A DNA stretch of 63,808 nucleotides from positions 17,582,553 to 17,646,360 of the forward strand of contig JARDVH010000099.1 of assembly GCA_030324005.1 (NCBI GenBank), in the 5' to 3' direction. Both the position numbers and the translations under genes were made by a program. The notes under the pieces were generated by a model. The model was not told the origin of the DNA and made no database searches. It saw only the letters and a list, made by a program, of their open reading frames with translations. Shown here piece by piece: positions 1 through 12,178 of this stretch (position 1 is its first letter; every line of letters begins with the position of its first letter). This DNA is from Negaprion brevirostris. Its lineage: Eukaryota.

Positions 1-70
1 AGTCACCCAAGGCTGGAATCGAACCCGGTTCCCTGATGCTGTGAGGCAGCAGTGCTAACCACTGTGCCAT
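1..70 (-). mobile_element. HE1/V-SINE-like tRNA-derived head (partial)
   Basis: Reverse complement of GGCACAGTGGTTAGCACTGCTGCCTCACAG...GGTTCGATTCC (A/B boxes). Confidence 0.8.
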
Positions 71-1899
71 GAGCAGCTCCAATTGCAACAATTTCCTCCA
101 GATTGCTTAAGTGTCTGGGATATCAGTTCCACTAAGGCTCCTCCTCTTTAATCTGACCCTTGCATTCCACTTATTGTCAGCAACACAAAAAAACTTTCTT
201 CATGACATACCTTGCGAATCAGTACATGATCTCAGTTGGATGTGAAAGCTCTGCCTTTTGGGCATCCGAATAACCTGCTCTAAAGAGTTGAGTCTGCCAA
301 TGTAATGTTTAAACGAGGCATGGTTCCTCCAGGTTTGGCAGCCATTTACATTTAATGTCGCAAACATGACAGCTAAAGAGAGAGAGAGGTGGGGACTGCC
401 AGCTCCAGCAGCAAAGTGCTTGTGGGACAAGCAGACCAGCATTGCTTCTCCTGCCCTCTCAAGCAAATCTTCTATCTTGACCTCTTGCTCTCCCACACTA
501 TTAATTTCCTAAGTGCAGTTTTCCACTGCTGGATTTCCTTCCTGGCAGCTGGCCAGCCTCTCAATCAGGCAGGCTGCTGAGAGAGGGAGACTTGAGAAAA
601 ATGAGGTAATCCTGCTATTAAATTCTCCAGGAGAGTCACTTTTTTGGTTTTGTCCCTTGCGAACATGTGGTTCCACCTCCTCTATTACATTAATAGCAAT
701 CTCACAATATAACAGCACCCAAAAATGATAATATCCTCCCTCCTTTTGGGGAGCTGCCCCTTTTACATTGTCCTTGAGTTAATTTGAGTTGGTTTATTTG
801 GTTTGCCCTAAAAGACAAAAAAAGATAATATCTAAAGTCAGCAAAAAGTAAAAAGCAGATATAATTATATCAGTTTGATCACAAGCTTTTTACTCTTTTG
901 ATTGCATAATTATGTCACAGTCGTTACATGACCTCCTACCTTCAAATAACCTGTCCCCAACCCCCTGCCATTGGTTGCCCAGTATGTCAATCATCACAGA
1001 ACTCCACCGTCCCAAGGCTTTTCAATGTGGCCCAGGTTGACTTGTGAAAATCTGCATGGTTACCCTAACAATAAAACAGATGTAAGAACGTCAGAATTGC
1101 AAATCGCAGCAGCACCCATTTTATGTAGGTGACCAAGAGTTTTGGAGAACTGAAGGAAAAAAAAAATCAGGTTTTTTGGCATGGAAGTAATTTGTATGGG
1201 GTTGATTGAATCGTGCTAAGGCCTGCTGAAAGCCAGAAAACACTGTTCTCTCACAAATTCCAGTTCCATTCTTGGGCCTACTTGAATTAGTGAATCACTC
1301 TCCCACAGTGTATTCAGTAAGTGCTGAATTGCTTCTTGGATCTATTTGTGTACGTGTATCATATAAGAAAGAGATAACTCCTAATCATGTTCATCCATTT
1401 GTAGAAGGCTATAGACTTTGCCCATCTGGATGGAAGTAGTTCCTTCAAATAATTCAAATTGAATATTTAAACTTAGCATTAAATATATAAATAATTTGAT
1501 TTCTAGTGGATCAGAAAGTAAAACCTACCACCTTTTCTGTCAGGTGTGTAGAAGAGAGAAGGGAACAATGAGCGAAATATCCTGCATTTCCCATGGTGTA
1601 AGTGCCTCAACTTTAGAAGATGTAACTGCAATTGAGAAATCACAGTCACAAGCCCATCTTTGACTGCACTGTGTTTGTACCACTGTCTGTGTGTAGACTG
1701 CACTGTAGATAAAATTCTTGGTGTCATCCAAGATATACACTCCTCTACCTCGTTTCATCTCTGTGTATAAGGGGAGGTATTCCCTGACCTTGGATATGAA
1801 TGGTAAGTAATATCAAATGGTCAGTGATTGAGGAAGTAAATTCAGTTCTTCTAATCGATGAAAACAACTTGCATTTCTGGTGCAATGGTATATTTTGTC

Positions 1900-2417
1900 A
1901 CAAAAACAGAAAATGCTGGAAAATCTTAGCAGGTCTGACAACATCTGTGGATAGAGAATAGAGCCAACATTTCGAGTCAGGATGACCCTTCATCAGAGCT
2001 GAAGACAAAGAAAATCAGACAAGATTTAAACTATGGAGGGAGGAAATGTTGGGGGACTGTAATTGATAGGAATGACATAGACAAAGACAATGTAAATGAT
2101 GATGATAAAAGCACAAAGGGCACCCATTAGGAGATCAGAACGAGTGAATGGCAGAACAAAGGTGCATATTGTCAAAGGAAAATCTGAGGAATGTGGTAGT
2201 TGGTCCAGGCCCAGAGGAGTTGGAAGATGGAGAGCAAAATTTCAGAAGTGGAAAAATAAAAATAAGAATATAAAGTAATAAAAATGGATAATTAAGATGA
2301 AAAGAAGTGAAATAAAATAAATGGAAATGGGGTAACGGTGGAGGGGAGAGTTCATACTCTGAAGTTGAACTTAATGTTCAGTCCAGACAACTGTAAAGTG
2401 CCCAATCGGAAGATTAG
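1900..2417 (-). mobile_element. Penelope-like element 3' fragment (GIY-YIG C-terminus plus terminal repeat)
   Basis: 2417 to 2364 translates LIFRLGTLQLSGLNIKFN, like the PLE GIY-YIG end; followed by a hammerhead core and a tail repeated elsewhere in the window. Confidence 0.75.
1962..2000 (-). ncRNA. Minimal type-I hammerhead ribozyme motif in Penelope-like element
   Basis: AGCT CTGATGA A GGGTCA TCC TGACTC GAAA TG TT GGCT: core boxes, 6-bp stem II, 4-bp stem I. Confidence 0.65.
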
Positions 2418-4236
2418 GACACTTTTGTTCATTGTGTTGCTCTGTCAAGATATCTTTACGATTGTAAAGCTATATCTTAAATGTCAATTTAAGAGCATGG
2501 TTTATTGACAGCCTCTTTTGGTGATTCAAAATTGCCACAAAATGTATGGTGTGAATTAAAGAGCAAACTGGGCTTTAATAGTACAAAATTTGGATTAACA
2601 GATCATTTTTCAACCTTGAATTAAACTTGGACTGGAATTTACAGATTCAGGAAAGCATTTTGTTTGGATATATTTAATCAACCTGTCCAATAACACAAGT
2701 TAATAAATGAATTTCACATTATAAAACAAATAAATTGGCTGGAACTTTGGTCACAATGCCTGAATCTTTAGATTTAGTATGATAATAGATTATTTAAAAA
2801 TCATCCTTATAATTGGAATCCTTGGTAAGGTCAGCAGTTCTTGCCCATCCCTAATCCCAGTTTTTGGCTGGAGAGGCAACATCGGGAGAAAGTTAAGGTA
2901 TCAACCACATTATGACTCGTTTTGCCTATGACTGCCTGCAGTTAAGAATTTAGGCCAAACTAAGCCTATAAAATTGTCAGCAACTAATGGATAGTTTTGC
3001 CAACCAGAAGAGAATATTCATAAATTAGAAATTGACGAAGTCTAGCCTCAATACTCAACAGAAAGGAAAAATTAATGACTGAGAGTGATGTGTAACCAGG
3101 GAGCCGAGTGTGTCAGTTATGACTGTTCAGACTATCAATCATCTATATTTCAACTCTATCATAACAAAAGCCTAAAGAACACTGTGCTCTTCATTATGAT
3201 GAACTGTATCTCAACTGCTACCCATGACCATCAACTTTAACATAGTCCTTCCCAAAGAAATCTTAGGACTCAGCTGAAATAAGTTATAATCCATTTTTTT
3301 GCCTCTTTTGTGTACATATTCTTTGTTTGCTTCATGCATTTTCTTGATCCCATCATTTGGAGTGCATCTTTTGTTTAATTTACCACTGTTTCTAAATTCT
3401 GTCTCAGTGGCCAGAAACGGTTGATAACCTTTGGGCCTTCTCCCCACACTGAGTTACAAGATGACCCTGTAACTATAGCCAGCATCTCAGTCTCTGCATT
3501 AGCTTGCTGTTCCTCCTCATAATTTGACTTTGAATTATATCAAGCAGGGTTGGTTGGGTCTGGCATTATGCAGAGTGGAACCCAACTCAACCGTGCCTTG
3601 TCCTACCATCAACTGCGCATTCCTTCTGGGGTATCAGGCACCTGAATAGAGCCAGCCCCATTGGGTGAAAAGCCCAGTAACAGAGTTCCCTCAGCCTTAT
3701 TCCCAAGCTTGTACTGTCCAGAATTAAAGGCACCTCTTCATAAAGTGCAGCCTCCAGGTTCAGTAGCTACCATTACAATGCTTGGAAAAGAAGCAGCTGC
3801 AAATTACATCTCTGTCTTCTGGAGCATATCTGTGCATAGAACTGCCATGGCCCCCAAAATGGATAGCAGATTTTCAAATGCCCCAAGCATTGCTGAGGTT
3901 TGTCTGAGCTTCACTTTTACAGAGCTTCTACTCTCAAAAGATCTTGTCATAGGGTAAGAACCCAGAGCACATCAACTGCTGGCTCCTCTAGCATCTCCTA
4001 GAGATAATTGGTGCACATACTGTTCAACAACATATGCATTGTTGGCAATATTTCAGCTTTATTCTACTTGATTTGATGATTTGATACTCCGAGGATATCA
4101 AGTTCAACACATGATGCAGCTGTGCAAGAGGCCTTTGTTTTCATAAATATTAATGTAATGCATCTAAAGAATTGCAATTAGGCAGATGAACATAAAGCAA
4201 AACATATGCTTGAAATAAAAAAACTTTGGAGTATTT

Positions 4237-4522
4237 ATGCATGACATTATTGTTACTAGAGAGGCGGTGCTCGACAGACTGGAGGGACTGATTGTGGACA
4301 AATCCCCAGGACCGGATGGAATGCATCCGAGGGTTCTGAAAGAAATNNNNNNNNNNNNNNNNNNNNNNNNNNNNNNNNNNNNNNNNNNNNNNNNNNNNNN
4401 NNNNNNNNNNNNNNNNNNNNNNNNNNNNNNNNNNNNNNNNNNNNNNGATCTTATTGAATGGCGGGGCAGGCTCAAAGGGCTAGATGGCCTACTCCTGCTC
4501 CTGTTTCTTATGTTCTTATGTT
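4237..4522 (+). mobile_element. CR1-type LINE (ORF2 fragment, gap, 3' tail)
   Basis: REAVLDRLEGLIVDKSPGPDGMHPRVLKE, then after the N gap the tail ...TGGCCTACTCCTGCTCCT...TTCTTATGTTCTTATG. Confidence 0.85.
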
Positions 4523-4791
4523 CATTTGCAGCATATTAGAATCTATCATGAACAAAAGCTTAAATTTTTTGGTTTTACAGACTAGTTTTCTTTGTTTTTG
4601 GATGGCAGGCTGTTCATTATTTCACTATTCAACTGCCCTTAGACACATTTCTTTCTGGTCAGGTTTGCTCCAACAACTCATTTTTGTCATTTTATCTCTC
4701 TGGTTACATACCCAAACACAGACCTTTCCTTTTGTTCTTTTTGCAACCCTTCCCCCCTTTTACTGGTTTAAGATTCTACTACGTTTTTCCC

Positions 4792-4828
4792 AGTTCTGAT
4801 GAAAGGTTATTGCCCTGAAACATTAACT
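4792..4828 (+). ncRNA. Degenerate minimal hammerhead motif in Penelope-like terminal fragment
   Basis: AGTT CTGATGA A AGGTT ATT GCCCT GAAA CA TT AACT; followed by the same PLE tail to about 4889. Confidence 0.5.
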
Positions 4829-4889
4829 CTTTTTTCTTGCCCCACAGATTCTACCTGACCTGTGAGTATTTCCAGCATTTTCTGTTTTC

Positions 4890-5425
4890 CAGAAGACTAA
4901 GGAGATTTGGCATGTCAGCTACAACTCTCACCAACTTTTACAGGTGCACCTTAGAAAGCATTCTTTCTGGTTGTATCACAGCTTGGTATGGCTCCTGCTC
5001 TGCCCAAGACTGCAATAAACCACAAAAGGTCGTGAATGTAGCTCAATCCATCACGCAAACCAGCCTCCCATCCATTGACTCTGTCTCTACTTCCCGTTGA
5101 ATCAGCAAAGCGGCCAGCATAATTAAGGATCCCGCGCTTCCCAGACATTCTCTCTTCCACCTTCTTCCATTGAGAAAAAGATATAAAAGTCTGAGGTCAC
5201 GTACCAGCCAACTCAAGAACAACTTCTTCCCTGCTGCCGTCAGACTTTTGAATGGATCTAAGTTGCATTAAGTTGATCTTTCTGTACACCCTAGCTATGA
5301 CTTTAACACTACATTCTGCACTCTCTTGTTTCCTTCTCTGTGAACAGTATGTTTGTCTGTATAGTGCACAAAAAACAATACTTTTCATCGTATGCTAATA
5401 CTTGTGACAATAATAAATCAAATCA
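4890..5425 (+). mobile_element. Rex1/Babar-like LINE 3' fragment
   Basis: RRLRRFGMSATTLTNFYRCTLESILSGCITAWYGSCSAQD RT C-terminus; tail ending GTGACAATAATAAATCAAATCA. Confidence 0.8.
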
Positions 5426-5857
5426 TTTTCTTTCAGATCGCCAGCACCCACAGTGTTTTGTTTATGCATTTGTGTTCAATTCACTGCCACATCTCTTCCA
5501 GGATTGCCAATCTTGAAGTATTCTGCTGTTCCCTCCACAGGATTTCCATTTGTTTCCATTTGCTTTCATTGCTATTTTCCTTCACATTTTTGATGAGGTA
5601 TGCACCAAAACTTGTTTTCACAGTCACGTTTCCTTCTTTGAAAACAGTACCTGGCTCCAACATATTTCATGTGCATTTCAGTCTTTATGTTTCAAATCCA
5701 CACACGATTACACATACCTTCTAGATATATGGTATTCCTCAAACCGCTGTTCTTGCTGCATTCTGAGATCCATAATTAACGACACACTGCCACATAAATG
5801 CTGTTCATCTCTCTATTCAGCAGCAGCTAAGTCTCCCTCAAAACTGTTATTCTGCAC

Positions 5858-6035
5858 ACATAGAATGGAATCCCGATGGTGTAAATGGAGGCCATTCAGC
5901 CCATCAGGTCTGCACTGGCTCTCCAACAAAGCACCTTACCCAGGCCCTATCCTCGTAACCCACATATTTACCCTGCTAATTATCACAATCTATACCTCTT
6001 GGAGCAATTCAGCATAGCCAATCAACCTAACCACA
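5858..6035 (-). mobile_element. HE1-like SINE 3' fragment
   Basis: Matches the tail of the other HE1-like copies. Confidence 0.6.
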
Positions 6036-6508
6036 GCAAGGAGCGTATTTAACAGTTTAGAGGTGGGAATTTAAAGATGGTGGCCAACAAGCACCATAGG
6101 GTTTGATTTTAACTCAATCTGCCCAGTGGAAACCTGAGAGCACAGTCAACCTGTAAATCAATTGCTTGACTGCCAGTATCAAGCCTGGATCCTGTTGTCT
6201 TCCATTTAATTTGCTGTTTGGAACAAGCGACAAAGGCACCCGCCTGGCGTGGGCAGTGTCCTATTTTAAACAACTTTCAAAACTGTGATCTGGTCTGATC
6301 AATCTCTGAATATTTTAACTCCAAACTGATTAGGAAAGATGCAGGAGTCTAATTCAGCAGACATCAGTAGGCAGTGAAAATCACCCCCATCTCCTGTCTT
6401 TCCCATCCCACGTTTCCTTTATTTCCCTTCGGTGTGCTAAGCAATCATAGGGAGTGCTAACAGGTGTATGAAGTAAGCTTTTTTAATAATAGTCTTTGAT
6501 GTGCTTAC

Positions 6509-6656
6509 CTGGATTTGGGTAGATAGGGGTGCTCTCAAACAACACGGTAGTGCCACCATTGCAGAGTGGGCCGTAGACAACGTAACTGTGCCCTGTAACC
6601 CAGCCAATATCTGCCACACAGCTGTGAATATCACCTTCCTGATAATCGAAGACATA
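6509..6656 (-). CDS. ACSS1: ACSS1 exon 6 (later exons not found in the window)
   Basis: ttcag|TAT GTC TTC gives [50 protein letters not shown]|gtaagc; 148 nt. Confidence 0.97.
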
Positions 6657-6781
6657 CTGAAAAATAGCATTTGTATGTTATATCTCACACGTTAGAACCT
6701 CGCGCATTCATTTTACAGATAACAAGCTACACTCTGGCCTTGAAGACACACCCTGTATGATGATATTATACTATTAATATA

Positions 6782-7511
6782 TGTTATGTTTAGGGGGCCT
6801 GCTTTATGATTCAATGTTTTGTCAAACAGTTTGTCTGGCTGGAATACAGCAGATGCTGGAAAGCAAGATAATTACTAATTTTAGCCACGTAAGTGTTTAT
6901 TTAACAGAAGGCTTAATGAGCTTTTACCAAAGAAGAGGACCCGTGGGTGTTTTCTTGCTTAAAGTAATGGAAAGGTGAGTTAGATATACAGGGTCATATA
7001 ATTATGTGATTTTAGAAATGGGAGGAGCTAGGTTTTTTTGCATCTACAAACAGCTTTGAGTTCAGTTGCTGGAGAGGACTGTTTAAAGATAGTAACCTGC
7101 AAATGGTTCTCTCTCTCCAAAATCTCCGTAGAAGCTCCAAAGCTGTCGACAAAGGTTAAAGCAAGAATGTCTGGATTTGATCATTATTTTTAAAGTAGGG
7201 TTTAGATCTATAAGAGAAACTATGCTTAATTGGAACTGAATAGTAATAAGTTAGAAATTAAAAGTCGTTTCTTTTCACGTTTGAAGATTGTTCAATGGTT
7301 AAGAGTTAAACTGTTTCATTTTGCTAGAGTTATACTTAAACTGTATTAAGAATAAAGCTTGTTTTGTTTTAAAATATCCCTAATTTGTCAGTGGAATTAC
7401 TCTTGGAGTAAAAGCATCTTTTCCCTCACATTTATGCCAAAATAGAAAAATTGATGGGGTCTAGTCAGGCTTCATAATATACATTGGGGTTTCTGATTTG
7501 GCACCCTAACA
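6782..7511 (+). mobile_element. Putative solo LTR
   Basis: TGTTA...TAACA termini and internal AATAAA near 7351; no clear TSD. Confidence 0.4.
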
Positions 7512-7979
7512 CCTAGGATACTGATTTATAAACAGTTAATAGATATGTATAAAACCTTCTTTCTGCTGAATGGGTGAAATCCTGTGTTAAACAAATTGAG
7601 CAATGAAGTTCATTGAATGAAGATGGGGGGGAGAAATGTAAGGACATCAGGAAACTGGCTCCAACCCACCAACTTCCATATTTTAATTGTAGTGCGTTAG
7701 ACTACATGCAAGCAATACCCTCAGAAGAGGGAAGGGTTAAATTTCAGTATATAAATAGATCAGTTGCAGTGATATTAACATGGAATGTATATTTTGCTCC
7801 ACAAATTTCCTGAGCTTCCTAGAACTCACCAGGAAAAGCAAGACAAGAAGAAAATGGAAATTAAAGGGGCTGAAGTCATGGCAGGAAAATATGCCAATCA
7901 ATACTGAGTGTCCATGGCTGATTTTTTTCCCTGTTTGTGGAAAATGGTTTATTCATAGTATTTGTGCTGAAAGGTTACA

Positions 7980-9965
7980 CCACATATTTTGGCTGTTACT
8001 TTACACAATAAAGGCACCATCTATACTTGGGATATTTGGACACCTTATTTGCACTTTGGAACACTGATCTATCACATTGTCCGAATGTTGCCTATACACT
8101 GTTATTTTGAATCAGATGAGGACTGAGATGAACACCAGAAGCAGCAGCAGCAGCAGGAGATGAACCAGGAGCACGAACTGCACCAGGTGCAACAGTACCT
8201 GCACCACAGTAGCCTGCGGCACAGAAAAGAAGGGAGCAGCAGAGAGATGAAGTTGCTAGGAGACCATACCCAGCACACAGGGTCTCCACAAGAAGACAGG
8301 CATCCTCAACATGTTGGAATATCAATGTCTCAGGAGGCCCAGAGTGTCACGTCAGGTGATGGTAGACATTAACAGCTTTCTGGAACAAGTCCTGCTGCTG
8401 CTAGCTGGATTTGGTTGATCTGCTCTCCTTGTGGGTGTCAAAGCCATCTCTGCCCTCAACAATTTTGCTTCTGCATCCTTCCAGGGCTCACCAAGTGATA
8501 TCTGCAGGTTCACAGCTGATGTCACACAAATGCAGAAGGCAAGTCATTGATAATTTATTTGCCACTTATGTCAACTTCATCTGCAATGATGCCAGTCAGA
8601 ATTATCAAACACTCAGGCTTATCTGGCTCTGACAGATTTCCCATCATTGTTGGATGTCCCTCGATTTGACAACTACTGAAGGTTGAGAGTTTCTGTCATG
8701 GGTCTTTGTGTGACTATAGAAATGCAGGGCATTATTGACTCCTGCGTCTGGCTTTCATCAAGGACTTTCACTCCACCAATGTGCAGCTAGTGTGCAACCA
8801 CAAAAGATATCTGTGCAGCTGTGTGTAAAATTTGCAGGTAGATGCTGTGATGTTTACAACATGCACCATTACCCCTCCCAAATATCTTCCTACCATACAG
8901 CAGTTATTTAAAAGATGGCTGATGACATCTCTCAGAATTCTGAGGAATGAGGCCCAGAAGCAATACGTTGAATGTCGTGTGATCATCTTCCAAGGAGGAG
9001 AGGAAAACAAGGGGAGAATAAGAGTTAGAGGCAGTATGTAATGTGGGCAATGTACTACCAGGAGTATACATTGTTGCTCAAGTTGCCCTTATTATTGTGC
9101 GGTTAGGAACGTAGGACTTAGGAGCAGGAGTAGCCATTCAGACCTTTGATCATGCCAGCCATTCAATAAGATCATGGATGATCTGATTGCATCTCAACTC
9201 CACTTTGCTGTCCGTCCCCCTTAACTCTTGACTTGCTTGTCTATCAAAAATCTGTTTTACTCTACTTTGAAAAAATTCAGTGACCCATTACTTTCTGGGA
9301 GTGTTACATCAGGTGATGGTAGACATACTAAAGGCCCATAAAGCAAAAACAATTTTCATCTCTGTCTTAAACTTCCACCCATCCAATCATTTCTGTCTTC
9401 GCTGCCACCACCCACTACCCCCTTATCTCTGAATCTCATAACCGTACAGTAAAGCAGTACTGTAAACAATGAAGCCTTTCATTCATAACTCCCATTGCTT
9501 AATGCCAATTACATGAAGTATGTGAAAAGTTTGTTCTTTTCGACCACAAGGGGGTCGACTTTTACATGAGCATGTGTAATATATTGGTCATAAATATTGG
9601 TCTTATATACATCCTAAAATTGCACTATATCAGCATTAACTATAATATANNNNNNNNNNNNNNNNNNNNNNNNNNNNNNNNNNNNNNNNNNNGTAGTATC
9701 AAGAATATACTGATTCAAGTCTGGAAAATGAGTAAAGATTGAAATATCCAACAATAACAAAATATAGTTTGTGCTCCTGGTTCATCTCCTGCTCCTGCTG
9801 CTTCTGGTGTTCATCTCAGTCCTCATCTGATTCAAAGTAACAGTGTATAAGCAACATTCAGACAATGTGATAGATCAGTGTTCCAAAATGCAAATCAGGC
9901 GTCCAAATATTCCAAATAGAGATGGGGCCTTTATTGTGTAAAGTAACAGCCAAAATATATGGTGT
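7980..9965. repeat. About 200-bp inverted repeat pair (7980-8180 / 9766-9965)
   Basis: GGAACACTGATCTATCACATTGTC...GAATCAGATGAGGACTGAGATGAACACCAGAAGCAGCAG and its reverse complement. Confidence 0.9.
9105..9375 (-). mobile_element. CR1-type LINE 3' tail fragment
   Basis: GGAGCAGGAGTAG-CCATTCAG...CCATTCAATAAGATCATGG antisense tail. Confidence 0.7.
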
Positions 9966-10427
9966 CAATAATGTTGTAATATGGTCTAAGACATTTTCAA
10001 AAACATTGAGCAGAAAATTCCCATTTTTTGGCATAGTGTTGTAGCGGGTGTGAAGAATATTGCTAAAGCCGCTGGCCACAATGGCAGCTTCCTCTGCTGT
10101 ATTATCAGGGAAATAGTTGAAAAAAGTTGAAGAGGTGGGCCCCATGACATAACGCTGGTGGGGTGGACTCTGACTGAGTCTGCCCCCGCAAGCAATGTAA
10201 TATTTTAAACACCTTTAAAAAGGGATCCTGATACAAAAAACTAAAAATAGAACCCTGTTCTCCCCTCCCACCAAACAGTCACCACCCCCACAATACCAGC
10301 ATAAATGTAGCAGCTGGAGCATCTTTTGGATATACCTTTTAGATGAGAATTACAAAAGGCCCAAAATAGATCCTCAGGGGAAACAAAGTTAATAAAGGTG
10401 CAATAGTGGGAAGTGGAGCCATTTTGG

Positions 10428-10655
10428 ACTCAAGATCAGCTTCTTGCCTTCTGCCATCAGACTTTTGAATGGACCTAGCTTATATTAAGCTGATGTTTCT
10501 CAACACTATAGCTATGACTGTAACACTATATTATGAACCCTCTCTTTTCCTTCTCCCTGATGTACTCTATGAACAGTATAATTTGTCTGTACAGTACACA
10601 CGAAACAATACTTTAAACTGTATCCTAATATATGTGACAATAAGAAGTCAAATCA
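10428..10655 (+). mobile_element. Rex1/Babar-like LINE 3' end
   Basis: Homologous to 5210-5425 (CAGACTTTTGAATGGA...TAGCTATGACT...GTGACAATAA). Confidence 0.75.
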
Positions 10656-11152
10656 GGTCATTAAAAATGATTCTGTGGCTAAGTTAAGAATGGAGCCAGG
10701 TAAATAAAATTCTCCCCAGCTGGGCAACGGTGAATAGGTGTTGACAAAGGTTGGTCAAAAGTAAATTTTTCTGTCCTGCCCACAACAATGCCTGCCTCAA
10801 GGCTGAAAAATCCCAACCAAGGACTTTGGAGGTTGGACGTGGAGTGGAAGTTTACAGGGATGGTAGGGTCAGGACTTATTGTTTGCAGCGAGGGAGATGA
10901 CAAATTTGAAGATGAGGGAGCCAGTGCCCAAGGAAAGGGAACTCTTAACAATATCAGTTCACATGGGAGCAAGGAAGGGAAATTGAGAGGTCAGCAATTT
11001 AACAGAGTGCGTTCAGAGAGCTTTCGGCTTGATGAGTTCAGAGAGGGTATGACGGGCAATAGGAGAGAAACTAGAGAAAGATTCAAGTTAAGGGCTAGGG
11101 AAATGGGTACCATCAAAGATGTTAGAAAGTTCATAATTGGAATACATTGATC

Positions 11153-11330
11153 ACAACTGGAATATACTAGTCAGAATTAGAATATGCTGGCCCTGTCTGG
11201 AATATACCAGCCAAAGCTGCATTATACTGTCTTAACTGGAATGTACTAATTATGTCTGGGAAACTAGGAATACCTTGAATATACTGAGGGGTTATAATTG
11301 GAATATATTAATGATAACTGGAGGACTAGC
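11153..11330. repeat. Degenerate tandem repeat, about 20-bp period (ACTGGAATATACT core)
   Basis: Core recurs near 11156, 11176, 11196, 11216, 11235 and onward. Confidence 0.7.
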
Positions 11331-12025
11331 AATATTTATAATATAATTTGGATGTAATGAGAGTCAGGGAGTAGATAGTGCAAGGAAACTGATTCCCCTG
11401 CTCAGCCACACCGAAACTGGAGACATGCCAGGTGTCCACTTGACTCATGTGCATCCAGTCAGCCCACAAACTGCACTGTGAGGTATGTGAGTGTCAGAGG
11501 CCAATACAGGAGTGATCCCTCAACCACTGGGTCACAGCCCCAAGGAATTTCAAAGTCATTGTTCCCAAACCAACCCCAAATCTTTTGTACAGATAATGTT
11601 ACAGTCACAGCCAGTTTGCTCCTAAGAGCAATGTGATCAGAATTGCTTTTGTTGGCGTGATTTTTTTTTGCAATAGACAGCTCTGTATTGCAAATGATAA
11701 TATTGCTGATGCCAGGGTAAGTGTAAACATCACTTGCATTGAAAAATAATAGCTGGCAAAATCAGATAAAACATAAAGTCACATTTATCTGAAAAGCAAA
11801 ACTACTTGATACCATTACCATGAAGTGCATACAGTTAAGTATTTTAACACAAATTAGAGACAAGAAGATATACATTTGTATCACTTTAATTTAGGTAAGT
11901 AATTTAGTATTAACTACTGATCAATATTATCTGCGAGATTGGCGTATATGCCTTTTTACAGTTAACATGAATCAATACAGGTACTAGGGAGAAACACTGA
12001 GCTCACCATCCTGTTCAACTGGTAC

Positions 12026-12178
12026 CTTATGGGTGATAGATGCATACAGCAGATAACCGGCCTGTGTGTGGACAAGACCCTTGGGTTTTCCTGTACTTCC
12101 AGAGGTATACAGCAGGAAGAGCATGTCCTCACTGTTCATGGGCTCAGGATTACACACTGGTTCCTCTTTCTCCATCTC
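12026..12178 (-). CDS. ACSS1: ACSS1 exon 5 (AMP-binding P-loop)
   Basis: [51 protein letters not shown]|gtacca; [11 protein letters not shown] signature; 153 nt. Confidence 0.97.

Noticed and set aside
990-1066. Minus-strand ...ATLKSLGTV resembling ACSS1 exon 7 (LRTLGSV)
   Set aside because: Upstream residues do not match the RYWE...FYGAPTA motif, the length is wrong and a stop follows; exon 7 is probably outside the window
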